Shown here: in pieces, positions 10,472 to 20,744 of the stretch
Numbering within the stretch: position 1 is the first letter of the stretch
How the letters are laid out: the number at the start of each line of letters is the position of its first letter
Source: Roseivirga sp.
GTDB taxonomy: Bacteria; Bacteroidota; Bacteroidia; Cytophagales; Cyclobacteriaceae
Direction of reading: 5' to 3'
NCBI RefSeq assembly: GCF_049099775.1
Contig: NZ_JAGDZM010000009.1
Coordinates: 74,643-138,642 of the forward strand
DNA: 64,000 nucleotides
The notes under the pieces: generated by a model
Seen by the model: the letters and a program-made list of their open reading frames with translations, nothing else
The model's database searches: none
What the model was told of the DNA's origin: nothing
Translations under genes and position numbers: made by a program

Positions 10472-11842
10472 ATGCACCTTCCTTACTTTACTTTTCGTTT
10501 TGCCTTTGCGATAGCCCTATTATTAGTCTTGAACCAATTCGGGTTTGGACAAAATGGAAATAACCAACGCTTACAAAATTATTTAGAGTACCTCCACAGC
10601 GAGAAAGGGTTTAGCGGTGAAATATTAATAGCCCAAAATGAAGATGTGCAGTTTCATGAAGCAATCGGATTTGCTTCACGATCACTAAAAGTGCCATTAG
10701 CAAAAGGCAGTAAATATAATATCGCATCCATCTCAAAAACCTTTACCGGAGCCCTTATCAAGATTGCGGAGAAAGAGGAGAAAATATCTTTGGATGACTT
10801 GGCTCAAAAGTATTTGGAGCATCTAGGAAATCAATTCAAACAAGTCACGATTGAGCAATTACTAACCCATACATCAGGAATCCCTCATAATGAAGCCATC
10901 GAAAATTATTGGCAAGAGAAATCAAGGCTAAGCTTGCCAACGGAAAAAGTGATTCACGAAATCAATCAGCTAGAATTACTATTTCGACCGGGAACGAAAA
11001 TGAAGTATTCAAGCCTAGGGTATTATTTACTCGCCAGTATTCTGGAAAAGACTTATCAAAAACCATTTCAACAACTCCTCGATGAGAAAATATATGCTAA
11101 AGCAGGCATGTCAAATACCAGCAGCGCCAATACGCTAGCTATTATTGAAGGTCGCGTCAATGGATATCATCAATTACCCAATGATAGCATTGTACAGGCT
11201 CCGTACCGCAACTATAGTATGTTGAAAGGTGCTGGTGATCAAGTGAGCACTGCTATAGATCTACTTAAATGGAATAATAGTTTTCGGAAAGAGACACTAT
11301 TCAATCAAGCGGATCAGGTCAAAATATTCAACGATCAGTTCAGAGATAAAAACTATGGCTACGGATGGTATACTGATTATTCGGGTAAGGACGTGAATTA
11401 CTATCACGGAGGTGGAACTTGGGGCTATAGTAGTTACAATGCCTTCTTCCCGGCATCAGGTGTGAGTATAATCGTGTTGAGTAACCTTTCTACTTTGCCC
11501 ATGAATGCGATTGCCAAACAAATAGAGACCATCCTCAACGGTGAAAAACTTCAATTGACAACAAGCCATAGCAAAAAAGTATTACCTGAAATAGCATTGC
11601 AAGCTTATGAAGGAACATATGCCTCATCAACTAGTCCTATGCAAATGAATGTAATGTTCCGTGATAAGCAGTTATTTGCTCAAATTCAAGGAAGACCAGG
11701 TTTTCTTCTGACGCCAACAGGAAAACATAAATTTCTTGGAAAGAAAATCGATATTGAGTTAGAATTCAACGTTGTAAACGGGCAAACTCAAGGCATAATT
11801 GCCAAAAGGATGGGCCAGACATATGAGTTCAAGAAGCAATAA
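10472..11842 (+). CDS. Serine hydrolase (beta-lactamase/AmpC family) with C-terminal extension
   Basis: SxxK (SISK), LLTHTSG, YSSLGY, HGGG. Confidence 0.88.
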   Translation: MHLPYFTFRFAFAIALLLVLNQFGFGQNGNNQRLQNYLEYLHSEKGFSGEILIAQNEDVQFHEAIGFASRSLKVPLAKGSKYNIASISKTFTGALIKIAEKEEKISLDDLAQKYLEHLGNQFKQVTIEQLLTHTSGIPHNEAIENYWQEKSRLSLPTEKVIHEINQLELLFRPGTKMKYSSLGYYLLASILEKTYQKPFQQLLDEKIYAKAGMSNTSSANTLAIIEGRVNGYHQLPNDSIVQAPYRNYSMLKGAGDQVSTAIDLLKWNNSFRKETLFNQADQVKIFNDQFRDKNYGYGWYTDYSGKDVNYYHGGGTWGYSSYNAFFPASGVSIIVLSNLSTLPMNAIAKQIETILNGEKLQLTTSHSKKVLPEIALQAYEGTYASSTSPMQMNVMFRDKQLFAQIQGRPGFLLTPTGKHKFLGKKIDIELEFNVVNGQTQGIIAKRMGQTYEFKKQ

Positions 11843-11843
11843 T

Positions 11844-12332
11844 ATGAAGGATTCTTTCCTAAGGCTAGTTGATGAGCATCAGCGCATCATTCACAAAGTA
11901 TCGCGTATGTATCGTGATAATATTGAGGATGAAAAGGACCTTTTCCAAGACATTGTCTTACAACTCTGGAAGTCGTACCCAAACTTCAGAGGAGAATCCA
12001 AAGCTAGTACATGGATATATAGGATCGCACTGAATACGGCGATGGCATTCTATCGAAAAAAAGCTCCTGATGTAGCCTTAACGCCCGACCTCCCAGATAC
12101 TTTGGACAAAAGTAGGCCGGATGAAAAATCGGAACAGGAAGAGCTTCTCTATGACGCACTTCACCGACTAGAAGTAACTGATCGAGCCATTATTTCCTTA
12201 TTCCTAGATGAATACTCTTATTCAGAAATTGCCAAAATCATTGGGATAAGCGAAAACTACGTTGGGGTAAAAATTAATCGAATTAAAAAAAGACTTAAAG
12301 AACTATTAACCGAGAATCATGGAAATAGATGA
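11844..12332 (+). CDS. ECF RNA polymerase sigma factor
   Basis: DLFQDIVLQLW, STWIYRIALN, YSEIAKIIGIS; start moved to ATG 11844 (MKDSF). Confidence 0.9.
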   Translation: MKDSFLRLVDEHQRIIHKVSRMYRDNIEDEKDLFQDIVLQLWKSYPNFRGESKASTWIYRIALNTAMAFYRKKAPDVALTPDLPDTLDKSRPDEKSEQEELLYDALHRLEVTDRAIISLFLDEYSYSEIAKIIGISENYVGVKINRIKKRLKELLTENHGNR

Positions 12333-12870
12333 CTTAAAAAATACGTGGCAAAATTCCGGCAATCAACATACAGGTGCTGAAGCGTTGAGTTTGATGACTG
12401 AATTAAAAAATAATGGTCGGTTGAAAAGAATGCGCAAGCGACTAATCATAGAATCTACGCTTGTCTTCGTTTTTATTCTACTGTTCTACAACGGACTAGA
12501 TGGAGCAGAAAAGCCACTCTGGACAAATATAATCCTCGTGCTAAGCGGGTTAATTTACATTACTAATAGACTGATAGGTCTTAGAATAGTTAACCTTCCG
12601 AATACCGATTTAGATGTAAAGACAATGTCGATTCAACTATTAAAGAAGCTGAAGAATTTGTCTTTCACCTCATGTGGAAGTGCCTTCTTTTTCGGTGGAT
12701 CAATGCTTCTGTTTATGACAATAAACATTGAGTTTACAACCCATAAATATATTTTTCTTGGCGGGCTCATTCTAGGGCTTTTTGCTTTCACCCTGATCTC
12801 TTACAAAATATGGAATCAACAAATCTCCAGACTAAAAGGCCTTATTAGTCAATTATCTGAAGATTTGTAA
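12319..12870 (+). CDS. Membrane protein, probable anti-sigma factor
   Basis: Overlaps the ECF stop; MEIDDLKNTWQ N-terminus typical of Bacteroidota ECF partners; 4 TM segments. Confidence 0.7.
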   Translation: MEIDDLKNTWQNSGNQHTGAEALSLMTELKNNGRLKRMRKRLIIESTLVFVFILLFYNGLDGAEKPLWTNIILVLSGLIYITNRLIGLRIVNLPNTDLDVKTMSIQLLKKLKNLSFTSCGSAFFFGGSMLLFMTINIEFTTHKYIFLGGLILGLFAFTLISYKIWNQQISRLKGLISQLSEDL

Positions 12871-12881
12871 AAAAGCAACTA

Positions 12882-14258
12882 CTAGTTAGAAGTCATTGCT
12901 TTTAGAATGTCATGCTGAGTAATAATGTGAGGGTTTCTATTTTCATCCCTCACCATTACTGCTGGATTGTCTTTGGTGATCACTGACGATAATACATCGA
13001 GTGTATTATCCAAAGGCACAAACTGGAATGGTTTCTCCATCACTTCAGAAACTGGCTTCGATTGAAGTTCAGCATCATTAATCATTTGAGCCAATAGTTT
13101 AGAATCAATAAGACTACCCACAAAGTTGTCTCCATTCGTTACCGGAAGCTGAGAAATACTATTGGCTGTCATCATTTTGATGGCCTCTGACACCGTAGCG
13201 GTATGTGCTATAGTAGTTAAGTGACCATTTTCGCCTTGACCAGCTAGAATATCGGCTGCCGTTTCAAAGTCTCTTTCTTCAACAAACCCTCGGGCACTCA
13301 TCCAATCATCATTGTAAATTTTACCAAGGTAGCGCGTACCGTGATCAGGAAGAATAATAACCATTACATCGTCATCATTCATGTTTTCTTTGGCCCATTC
13401 GAGCGCACCAGCTACAGCTGATCCACATGACCATCCGCAGAACATACCTTCTTCCCTAGCAAGTCTTCGGGTCATAATGGCGCCGTCTTTATCTGTCACT
13501 TTTACAAAATGATCGATGACGCTGAAATCAACATTTTTAGGTAAGATATCTTCTCCGATACCTTCTGTTAGATAAGGATAAATTTCTTTCTCGTCGAATT
13601 CACCAGTCTCTTTATATTTCTTAAAAACAGATCCGTAAGTATCTATTCCTACTGAAACGATGTCTGCATTTTGTTCTTTTAAATATTTAGAAGTACCGCA
13701 CATAGAACCGCCAGTACCAACACCTGCTGCCCAATGCGTAATTTTTCCTTCCGTATCTCGCCATATTTCAGGACCAGTAGTCTCATAATGGGCTTGAGCG
13801 TTTGACGTATTATCGTATTGGTTAGGGTAGTAAGAGTTAGGAATATCTCTGTTAAGCTTTGATGCCACTGAGTAATAAGATCTTGGATCGTCTGGCTCAA
13901 CATTAGTCGGACAAACAATTACTTCCGCACCTACAGCCTTGAGAATATCCATTTTCTCTTGTGACTGTTTATCGGCAAGGGTGAAAATACATTTGTATCC
14001 TTTGGCGATAGCACCGAGCGCTAAGCCCATTCCGGTATTACCAGAAGTACCTTCAATTATAGTTCCTCCTGGCTTTAAATCGCCGCGCTTTTCAGCATCT
14101 TCAATCATTTTCAAGGCCATTCTGTCTTTCATTGAGTTCCCCGGATTGAAGTACTCAACTTTCACTAAAATAGTACCTGGAACACCCTTATTAACAGCAT
14201 TAAGCTTCACAAGTGGAGTATCCCCAATAGTTTCTATGATTGAATCGTAATAACGCAT
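12882..14258 (-). CDS. cbs: Cystathionine beta-synthase (PLP enzyme with C-terminal CBS domains)
   Basis: NPGNSMKDR, EGTSGNTG, GVGTGGS, EGIG; C-terminal ISQLPV CBS pair. Confidence 0.88.
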   Translation of the reverse strand: MRYYDSIIETIGDTPLVKLNAVNKGVPGTILVKVEYFNPGNSMKDRMALKMIEDAEKRGDLKPGGTIIEGTSGNTGMGLALGAIAKGYKCIFTLADKQSQEKMDILKAVGAEVIVCPTNVEPDDPRSYYSVASKLNRDIPNSYYPNQYDNTSNAQAHYETTGPEIWRDTEGKITHWAAGVGTGGSMCGTSKYLKEQNADIVSVGIDTYGSVFKKYKETGEFDEKEIYPYLTEGIGEDILPKNVDFSVIDHFVKVTDKDGAIMTRRLAREEGMFCGWSCGSAVAGALEWAKENMNDDDVMVIILPDHGTRYLGKIYNDDWMSARGFVEERDFETAADILAGQGENGHLTTIAHTATVSEAIKMMTANSISQLPVTNGDNFVGSLIDSKLLAQMINDAELQSKPVSEVMEKPFQFVPLDNTLDVLSSVITKDNPAVMVRDENRNPHIITQHDILKAMTSN

Positions 14259-14429
14259 TTCCTTTTTCTTAATAGTTTCTGCAAATCTAGGAGTTTCTCA
14301 ATCGTTTGCGCAGTAGAAAGCGTCAAAAATCTCTTCTTCACAAAAAGCTAATATGAATATTGGCTTTACTGTCGCTAAGCAAAATCAATTTATTAGAAAC
14401 AGTTGCTGTAATTACCTGAATGATATGGC

Positions 14430-15404
14430 TTAATCCATTCTTAAGAAACCATCTACCCTATCGGCATATCGGTTTTTAAATTCTGGCTGCGTATAAATCT
14501 GAACGTGGTCAGCGCCTTTAAAGAGGATAGGATAAACATTCATAAGTCCATCTATTTCAGCTTCCAAAATAGGTGCTGGTGTAGTTGCATCACCGTCTCC
14601 ATAAAGCACCAAGGCAGGAACTTTTTTATTAGATAGCAGGTAAGAGAATTTCATGTTCTCACTCCATCCGTCTATTACCTTATCAAAGCCTTTCCAAGAC
14701 GCTTTAAAAATGAAGTAAGGTATGCCCATATCAGCACCAGCTAAACGTGCCGTTTCTCTAATGTTACTTAACGGACTGGCCAAAATAAGCTTAGAAACTT
14801 TTAGCCCTTCATTTTCTTGTAGCTCTACTAAATCAGGTCGATTTATAGCCGTAGCACTGGCCATTGCACCCATTGAAAAGCCCCAAAGCACAAATTCATT
14901 CTGCTGATAAGTATCTTTGAGCATTTTCATGCTGGCCGTTATATCTTCTGCGAATTCGTAACCCATTCCCGTTTTTGCTTCATCGGATTTCCCCGAATTC
15001 CGTAAATCTGGAATAAATACATTGTATAGCGAATCGAGGCCTTTGACCTTCACTATTTCCAAGTATTTCATGGCCTTCAACCTGTTGGAAGTTCTACCAT
15101 GACTGATAATCAATGTTTTTGAAACCTCTGGCTTAGATGAAGGCACATACCAACCATTCAAATTAAGTCCATCGAATAAAGTTTCGAAGTCTATCTCCTC
15201 AAAATCTGGAAAACCATAATCCGCAGGTCCTCGCGCTTCACCGATGGCGTAGTTAGCTAATACCGCCGAATCAGAGATAACATATTCAAAAGTATGTCGG
15301 TCATAGTCAGTGACCATATTGACGGTTTTAGGAATCACCAAAAAATAAAAGGCTATTACAATCACCACAACGACGACTGCTAGTATTTTGAGAAACTTCT
15401 TCAT
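14430..15404 (-). CDS. Alpha/beta hydrolase with N-terminal membrane anchor
   Basis: HGRTSNR, nucleophile GFSMG, DGD...GADH. Confidence 0.8.
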   Translation of the reverse strand: MKKFLKILAVVVVVIVIAFYFLVIPKTVNMVTDYDRHTFEYVISDSAVLANYAIGEARGPADYGFPDFEEIDFETLFDGLNLNGWYVPSSKPEVSKTLIISHGRTSNRLKAMKYLEIVKVKGLDSLYNVFIPDLRNSGKSDEAKTGMGYEFAEDITASMKMLKDTYQQNEFVLWGFSMGAMASATAINRPDLVELQENEGLKVSKLILASPLSNIRETARLAGADMGIPYFIFKASWKGFDKVIDGWSENMKFSYLLSNKKVPALVLYGDGDATTPAPILEAEIDGLMNVYPILFKGADHVQIYTQPEFKNRYADRVDGFLRMD

Positions 15405-15410
15405 GGTTGT

Positions 15411-16337
15411 TTATTTAGATACCGATGCGAGTAGATAAAGCACTGCCATTCTAACGGCAACACCGTTTTCTACCTGATCTAAGATAATGGCATTTTCTGA
15501 ATCTGCCGCATCGCTATTCAATTCTACCCCTCGATTAATTGGACCTGGGTGCATAATCACTACCTCTTTGTCCAGTGAATCGAGTAAAGCCTTGTTAACT
15601 CCATAGTAGAGCGAATATTCTCTTAATGAAGGGAAGTATTTGATGTGTTGACGCTCTAACTGAATCCTCAATATGTTGGCAACATCACACCATTCAAGTG
15701 CTTTGCGTACATCCAACTCTACCTTTACACCAAGGGAACTGATGTATTTGGGTAAGAGTGTATTTGGGCCGCAAACCATTACTTCTGCACCCAGTTTTTG
15801 TAGGGCAAAAATATTACTCAATGCGACTCTAGAATGAAGAATGTCTCCTATAATAGCTACTTTCTTTCCGGCGACATCGCCTAAACGCTCCCGAATGGAA
15901 TAAGTATCTAGCAGTGCTTGTGTTGGATGTTCATGGGTACCATCGCCTGCATTGACAATGTTTGCTTCTATATGCTTAGAAAGGAAATGTGGTGCGCCAG
16001 GGCTGGCATGTCGCATTACAATCATATCCACTTTCATGGATAGAATATTATTGACTGTATCGAGCAAAGTTTCGCCTTTCTTTACAGAGCTATTACTGCT
16101 CGAAAAGTTTACAATATCAGCCGAAAGTCGTTTTTCAGCCAGCTCAAAGCTCAGTTTAGTTCTTGTAGAGTTCTCGAAAAAGACATTTGCAATAGTAATG
16201 TCTCGTAAAGAAGGGACTTTCTTTATTGGACGATTTATAACATCCTTAAACTCGTCTGCAGTTTGGAAAATAAGCTGTATATCCTCTGGTGTAAGGTCTT
16301 TTATGCCGAGAAGATGCTTAGTACTCAACTGCTCCAT
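15411..16337 (-). CDS. pyrB: Aspartate carbamoyltransferase catalytic subunit
   Basis: FENSTRT, KGETL, NAGDGTHEHPTQALLD, HSRV, MHPGPINRG. Confidence 0.97.
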   Translation of the reverse strand: MEQLSTKHLLGIKDLTPEDIQLIFQTADEFKDVINRPIKKVPSLRDITIANVFFENSTRTKLSFELAEKRLSADIVNFSSSNSSVKKGETLLDTVNNILSMKVDMIVMRHASPGAPHFLSKHIEANIVNAGDGTHEHPTQALLDTYSIRERLGDVAGKKVAIIGDILHSRVALSNIFALQKLGAEVMVCGPNTLLPKYISSLGVKVELDVRKALEWCDVANILRIQLERQHIKYFPSLREYSLYYGVNKALLDSLDKEVVIMHPGPINRGVELNSDAADSENAIILDQVENGVAVRMAVLYLLASVSK

Positions 16338-16889
16338 TTATTCTTCCTTATTGATTAGCCATACATTATTTTCGTCAGCATTATCTCCTTCATTTTTCCA
16401 TTCTACCAATACTTTCTGGCTGTCGAGCGTATTTACTTTCTTGCCGACATAGTCAGGGAAAATGGGAACATGCTTGGCGTAATTTCTCACGACGAGTGCG
16501 AGCAGCTCTACTTTTTCTGGTCTGCCAAAGGCCGTCATCGCATCCAAAGCTGCCTTTACTGATCGTCCTGTGTAAAAGACATCATCAATAAGGATGACTT
16601 TCTTTCCTTCAATTAAGAAATTGATTTTGGTGGCATTGGCCCGAACTGGGCTATCTCTTCTTCTAAAATCATCTCGGAAGAAGGTGGCATCTAAATAACC
16701 TAGGTTAATCTGAGTACCTGTAAATGATTCAAGTCTTTCCTTCACACGTTCCGCCAAAAATATTCCTCTAGGTTGGAGGCCTAAAAGCACTGTATTCTCA
16801 AAATCTTGATGGTTTTCTATCAGTTGCTGACAGAGGCGGCCGATGGTGATGGCTAACTGTGGATGACCTAGTAAAAGCCTGTTTTGCAT
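16338..16889 (-). CDS. pyrR: PyrR bifunctional pyrimidine regulator / uracil phosphoribosyltransferase
   Basis: GLQPRG, LDATFFRDD, LIDDVFYTGRS, PIFPDYVG; adjacent to pyrB; start taken at MQNRL. Confidence 0.9.
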   Translation of the reverse strand: MQNRLLLGHPQLAITIGRLCQQLIENHQDFENTVLLGLQPRGIFLAERVKERLESFTGTQINLGYLDATFFRDDFRRRDSPVRANATKINFLIEGKKVILIDDVFYTGRSVKAALDAMTAFGRPEKVELLALVVRNYAKHVPIFPDYVGKKVNTLDSQKVLVEWKNEGDNADENNVWLINKEE

Positions 16890-16943
16890 TTCAGGAAACA
16901 AATATAGTAAAAGGAACTGGTCATAGAAATTAAGCTCCCTTAT

Positions 16944-18530
16944 TTAATCATCATTTGTACTTTCAAATTTTGGCCCTACGGTTATGGCATTGATAAAAAA
17001 CACCTTACGAAGGTTCGGTTTTGTTTCATCCGATCGTACATGTTGAAGGCCATACACTAGATATTTATCGCCATACCATCGTGTGATTCCTCTATATTGG
17101 TCGCGCTCAAATTTGAGTTTGTCGTCTTCATAAACTAAAGCAAGCTCGCTGATATCTCCTTTCTGATTTTCTTTATCATTCAAATATTTTACTACTAACT
17201 CCTTGTCATGATAAAAGGCATAAAAGCCTTGATTATCATACCATTGAAAAGCACCAAAATCTTCTAAAGCCCCATCTACGTTTTCTTCTATTTCAAAGCT
17301 ACTATCCCATTCAACTGTACCCTTTTCATCAAGTACTAAGGCAAAAGCATGAGTAAAGTTGAAATCTGAACGAATTCCATTTTGTCGAAAGGCATTAGGA
17401 TCTCTAGTCAATCCTTGAAAAGTACCAAGCGTCGGGTCCGCAAAATCTGAAAATCGACTAAATTGATTCCTATTCCTCCAATAATTATCGGTGTTAACCG
17501 TCCAAGGTTTAAAGAATTCACCAACAACAATCAGTTTGCCATCTTGCTCAATTATTTCTCTGAAAAGCGCATCGGTCTTATAACGCCAATCTCTATTATT
17601 TTGCCTTGCACTCAATGCCCGTTCTTTCAATTTTTTTGCTCGTTTTTCTCCTGTATGATCTAGAAAGGTCTCAAACTCTCCAAAGAAATAGTACTTCATC
17701 GATTGCTGACCGGTTTTATCAACGTGGTTGACATAAATACCCGATGGATAGGTGCCGGTTTTCATACTGTAAAGCCCAACTATTGTTTGTGTTCGATCTA
17801 TAATGGAAGAAGATATTCCTGATAAAAGTTGATGTCCTTCTTCAGTTTGTAATTGATAATCTCGAACAGCATTTCCTTTATAGTCATAGGTATTCACTAG
17901 AATTGTTCTGTCTTTCACTTCGTTTATTTCAGAAGCGATAACATTGAACGTTAGGCTATCACTATTCACTCTTACCTCTAGTAAATCGGAGTTGTTCTGG
18001 TAAACATTGGGGAGTGTTCGAACATTTCCGCCGGCTAAATCATAGGCAAAAACGGCTGGTCTTCCTTCTATATACCCACCGATTATAGCCGTTTTTTGAA
18101 TCACCTCAAATTCCTGAATATCGAGTTCAACAATCTGTTTTGGTTCATAAGAATCCACCTTTTGATTATCTAAATCGATGGTAACTAACTTAATATAGCG
18201 CTGGCTTGATCTATTCTGAAAAAGCAAATAGGCTACGCCATCTACATAGTGATATCCTTTTAGAAAAAGTCGCCTGGAAACTTCGAAAAAGCCAATCCAT
18301 TGTTCTTCTAAGTTCTTATCGAGGTAGCGGTATTGAATGTCCACATTTTTCGATGTTCCTGGTGTCATTGGTTGTACAAGAAGCACCCCTTTTTCTTCAT
18401 TAGAAATAACAATATGGTCTTGATTATTCCACTCATGCGGAGATTCAAATCGGGCAATGTGTCCTACTTGAGCATATGCAGTAGCTAAGGCAAAAAGAAA
18501 AAAGCAAGAAATGGAAATGCGTTTCATCAT
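16944..18530 (-). CDS. Secreted hypothetical protein
   Basis: 528-aa ORF with signal peptide, beta-rich composition, ATGA-coupled to the EVE gene. Confidence 0.75.
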   Translation of the reverse strand: MMKRISISCFFLFALATAYAQVGHIARFESPHEWNNQDHIVISNEEKGVLLVQPMTPGTSKNVDIQYRYLDKNLEEQWIGFFEVSRRLFLKGYHYVDGVAYLLFQNRSSQRYIKLVTIDLDNQKVDSYEPKQIVELDIQEFEVIQKTAIIGGYIEGRPAVFAYDLAGGNVRTLPNVYQNNSDLLEVRVNSDSLTFNVIASEINEVKDRTILVNTYDYKGNAVRDYQLQTEEGHQLLSGISSSIIDRTQTIVGLYSMKTGTYPSGIYVNHVDKTGQQSMKYYFFGEFETFLDHTGEKRAKKLKERALSARQNNRDWRYKTDALFREIIEQDGKLIVVGEFFKPWTVNTDNYWRNRNQFSRFSDFADPTLGTFQGLTRDPNAFRQNGIRSDFNFTHAFALVLDEKGTVEWDSSFEIEENVDGALEDFGAFQWYDNQGFYAFYHDKELVVKYLNDKENQKGDISELALVYEDDKLKFERDQYRGITRWYGDKYLVYGLQHVRSDETKPNLRKVFFINAITVGPKFESTNDD

Positions 18531-18934
18531 AATTCAGAAATGGCTAAAATGATATCAAACTCTTCTTTCTTCACAGGCTGAACGGATAGTCTGGAATTGT
18601 TAACCAATACCATATCTTGTAAACGAGAATCTGATTTTACTTGTTCGAGCGTTACCGGCTTTTTTAGCTTATTTTTTGGCACAAAATCTACTACAACCCA
18701 ACGTTCATCTTCTGTAGTCGGATCTTGATAAAATTCACTGACACACTCAGCTACACCTACCACCGACTTTTCATTGACGCTATGGTAAAAAAGTGCCAGA
18801 TCTCCCGGTTGCATGGCTTTCATGTTATTCCTAGCCTGATAATTCCTTACACCGTCCCAATGGTCTCTTCCAAGTTTTACCAAATCATCCCAAGAATAGG
18901 CATTTGGTTCAGATTTAATTAGCCAGTAGTTCAT
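18527..18934 (-). CDS. EVE domain protein
   Basis: YWLIKSEP, WDGVRNYQARN, DLALFYHS, RLSVQPV. Confidence 0.93.
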   Translation of the reverse strand: MNYWLIKSEPNAYSWDDLVKLGRDHWDGVRNYQARNNMKAMQPGDLALFYHSVNEKSVVGVAECVSEFYQDPTTEDERWVVVDFVPKNKLKKPVTLEQVKSDSRLQDMVLVNNSRLSVQPVKKEEFDIILAISEL

Positions 18935-19031
18935 AAAGACTTATTTTTAACTTTGTATCTCTGAAATTAATGAAACCATCAAGGGATTAAAAATCCTTGA
19001 AAAACACTTCTCAATTCAAATTATCAAATAA

Positions 19032-20744
19032 TTGGATAACGCTACTATACTTAAACAACTGAAACTACAGGCTTCACTTATGGTGCTGCACGATGAAAAC
19101 AGTTTTAAAATTCGCGGATATCAAAATGCCGTTTTCCATTTAGACAAAATTGACGTTGATTTAGCATCACTTGGCTTACAAGAGCTAGAAAAAATTGAAG
19201 GCGTTGGAAAGGGAATTGCCGCAACCATATTCCAGATTTCAAGTACGGGTATTTCTGAAGCTTTATCTGAGTATTTAGAGGCTACACCCGAAGGCATCGT
19301 AGAACTACTAGACATTAAAGGTATTGGCCCTAAGAAAATTAAAGTGTTGTGGAAAGATTTGGGCATAGAAAGTGGTCATGAACTAAAAGAAGCGGCCAAT
19401 GCAGGGCTTGTGGCTAAATTGAAGGGCTTTGGTGATAAAACGCAGCAAGTAATTATCGATGCGCTTGAATTTAAAGAGGCCAATGCGAATAAACTTCACT
19501 ATGCTGATGCAGAAGCCTTAATTGAGGAAGTAATTGAGAAGTTAAAATCAATTAGTGACATAGAAAATGTACAAGCCATTGGTGGTTTAAGACGAAATCT
19601 CGAAATAATTGATCGTTTAGAATTACTGATCTCTGGGGAAGACTTCGACGACATGGAAACAGCCATTAGTGATTTGCCTGAGTTTACACAAGACTTAAAA
19701 GCGAGTGGTCCCATCACTTGGCGAGGTACTTATATGGAAAACAGAATTCCTTGTGAATTTACTTTTACCGACCCAAGTGCATTTGTAAAAGATCTTTTTC
19801 TTAGATCTGGCAGCGATTTACATCTAGGGACACCCATAACTGATAAACAGACGCTAAGAGATATTGTGAACGCCAAACCTTATGGCTCTGAGGAAGAAAT
19901 ATACGCCGCAGCTGGTATGGAATATATTTTGCCAGAACTGCGCGAAGGAACTTTTGAATTAGAAGCTGCCAAGAAAAACGAGCTACCAAAACTCGTTGAA
20001 ATGGGCGACCTCAAGGGAATTTTACACAATCACTCTACCTATAGTGATGGTAAACATAGCCTTGACCAAATGGCTACTTATTGCAAAGAACTAGGCTATG
20101 AATATCTAGGTATTTGCGACCATAGTAAGTCTGCATTTTATGCCAATGGGCTTAATGAAGATCGCATCATAGCACAGCATGAAGAAATAGATCGGTTGAA
20201 TGAAAAACTTGCCCCATTCAAGATATTGAAAGGCATAGAATCTGATATCCTCTATGATGGACAACTAGACTATGAAGATGATGTACTGGCTAGCTTTGAT
20301 TTTATAGTCGCATCAGTTCATTCCGTGCTTAAAATGAATAAACAAAAAGCCACACAAAGACTTTTAACTGCAATTGAAAATCCATACACCACTATTTTGG
20401 GACACCCAACAGGTCGATTATTGCTGAGAAGAGAAGGATATCCTATTGATCATAAGGCAGTGATTGACCATTGTGCAAAGCACAATGTTGTGATAGAAAT
20501 TAATGCGAATCCTTGGCGGCTAGACCTAGATTGGCGTTGGGCCAATTATGCGCTAGAGCAAGGGGTTATGTTGTCGATCAATCCAGATGCGCATCAAATG
20601 TCCGGCTATCATCATATGAAATATGGATTACTGGTAGGGAGAAAAGGTGGGCTAACTGCAGAAATGACTTATAACGCATTGACGCTTGATGAGATCTCTA
20701 AACACTTCAAAAAGAAAAAGGCACAAGCCAAAACCAATGCCTAA
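19032..20744 (+). CDS. polX: DNA polymerase X / PHP exonuclease
   Basis: HhH motifs EGVGKG, KGIGPKK; PELRE; PHP motifs HNHSTYSDG, CDHS, GHPTGR, EIN, NPDAH. Confidence 0.92.
   Translation: MDNATILKQLKLQASLMVLHDENSFKIRGYQNAVFHLDKIDVDLASLGLQELEKIEGVGKGIAATIFQISSTGISEALSEYLEATPEGIVELLDIKGIGPKKIKVLWKDLGIESGHELKEAANAGLVAKLKGFGDKTQQVIIDALEFKEANANKLHYADAEALIEEVIEKLKSISDIENVQAIGGLRRNLEIIDRLELLISGEDFDDMETAISDLPEFTQDLKASGPITWRGTYMENRIPCEFTFTDPSAFVKDLFLRSGSDLHLGTPITDKQTLRDIVNAKPYGSEEEIYAAAGMEYILPELREGTFELEAAKKNELPKLVEMGDLKGILHNHSTYSDGKHSLDQMATYCKELGYEYLGICDHSKSAFYANGLNEDRIIAQHEEIDRLNEKLAPFKILKGIESDILYDGQLDYEDDVLASFDFIVASVHSVLKMNKQKATQRLLTAIENPYTTILGHPTGRLLLRREGYPIDHKAVIDHCAKHNVVIEINANPWRLDLDWRWANYALEQGVMLSINPDAHQMSGYHHMKYGLLVGRKGGLTAEMTYNALTLDEISKHFKKKKAQAKTNA

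Noticed and set aside
16890-16943. PyrR-binding attenuator upstream of pyrR-pyrB
   Set aside because: Short gap with no recognisable PyrR binding-loop consensus or terminator/antiterminator pair
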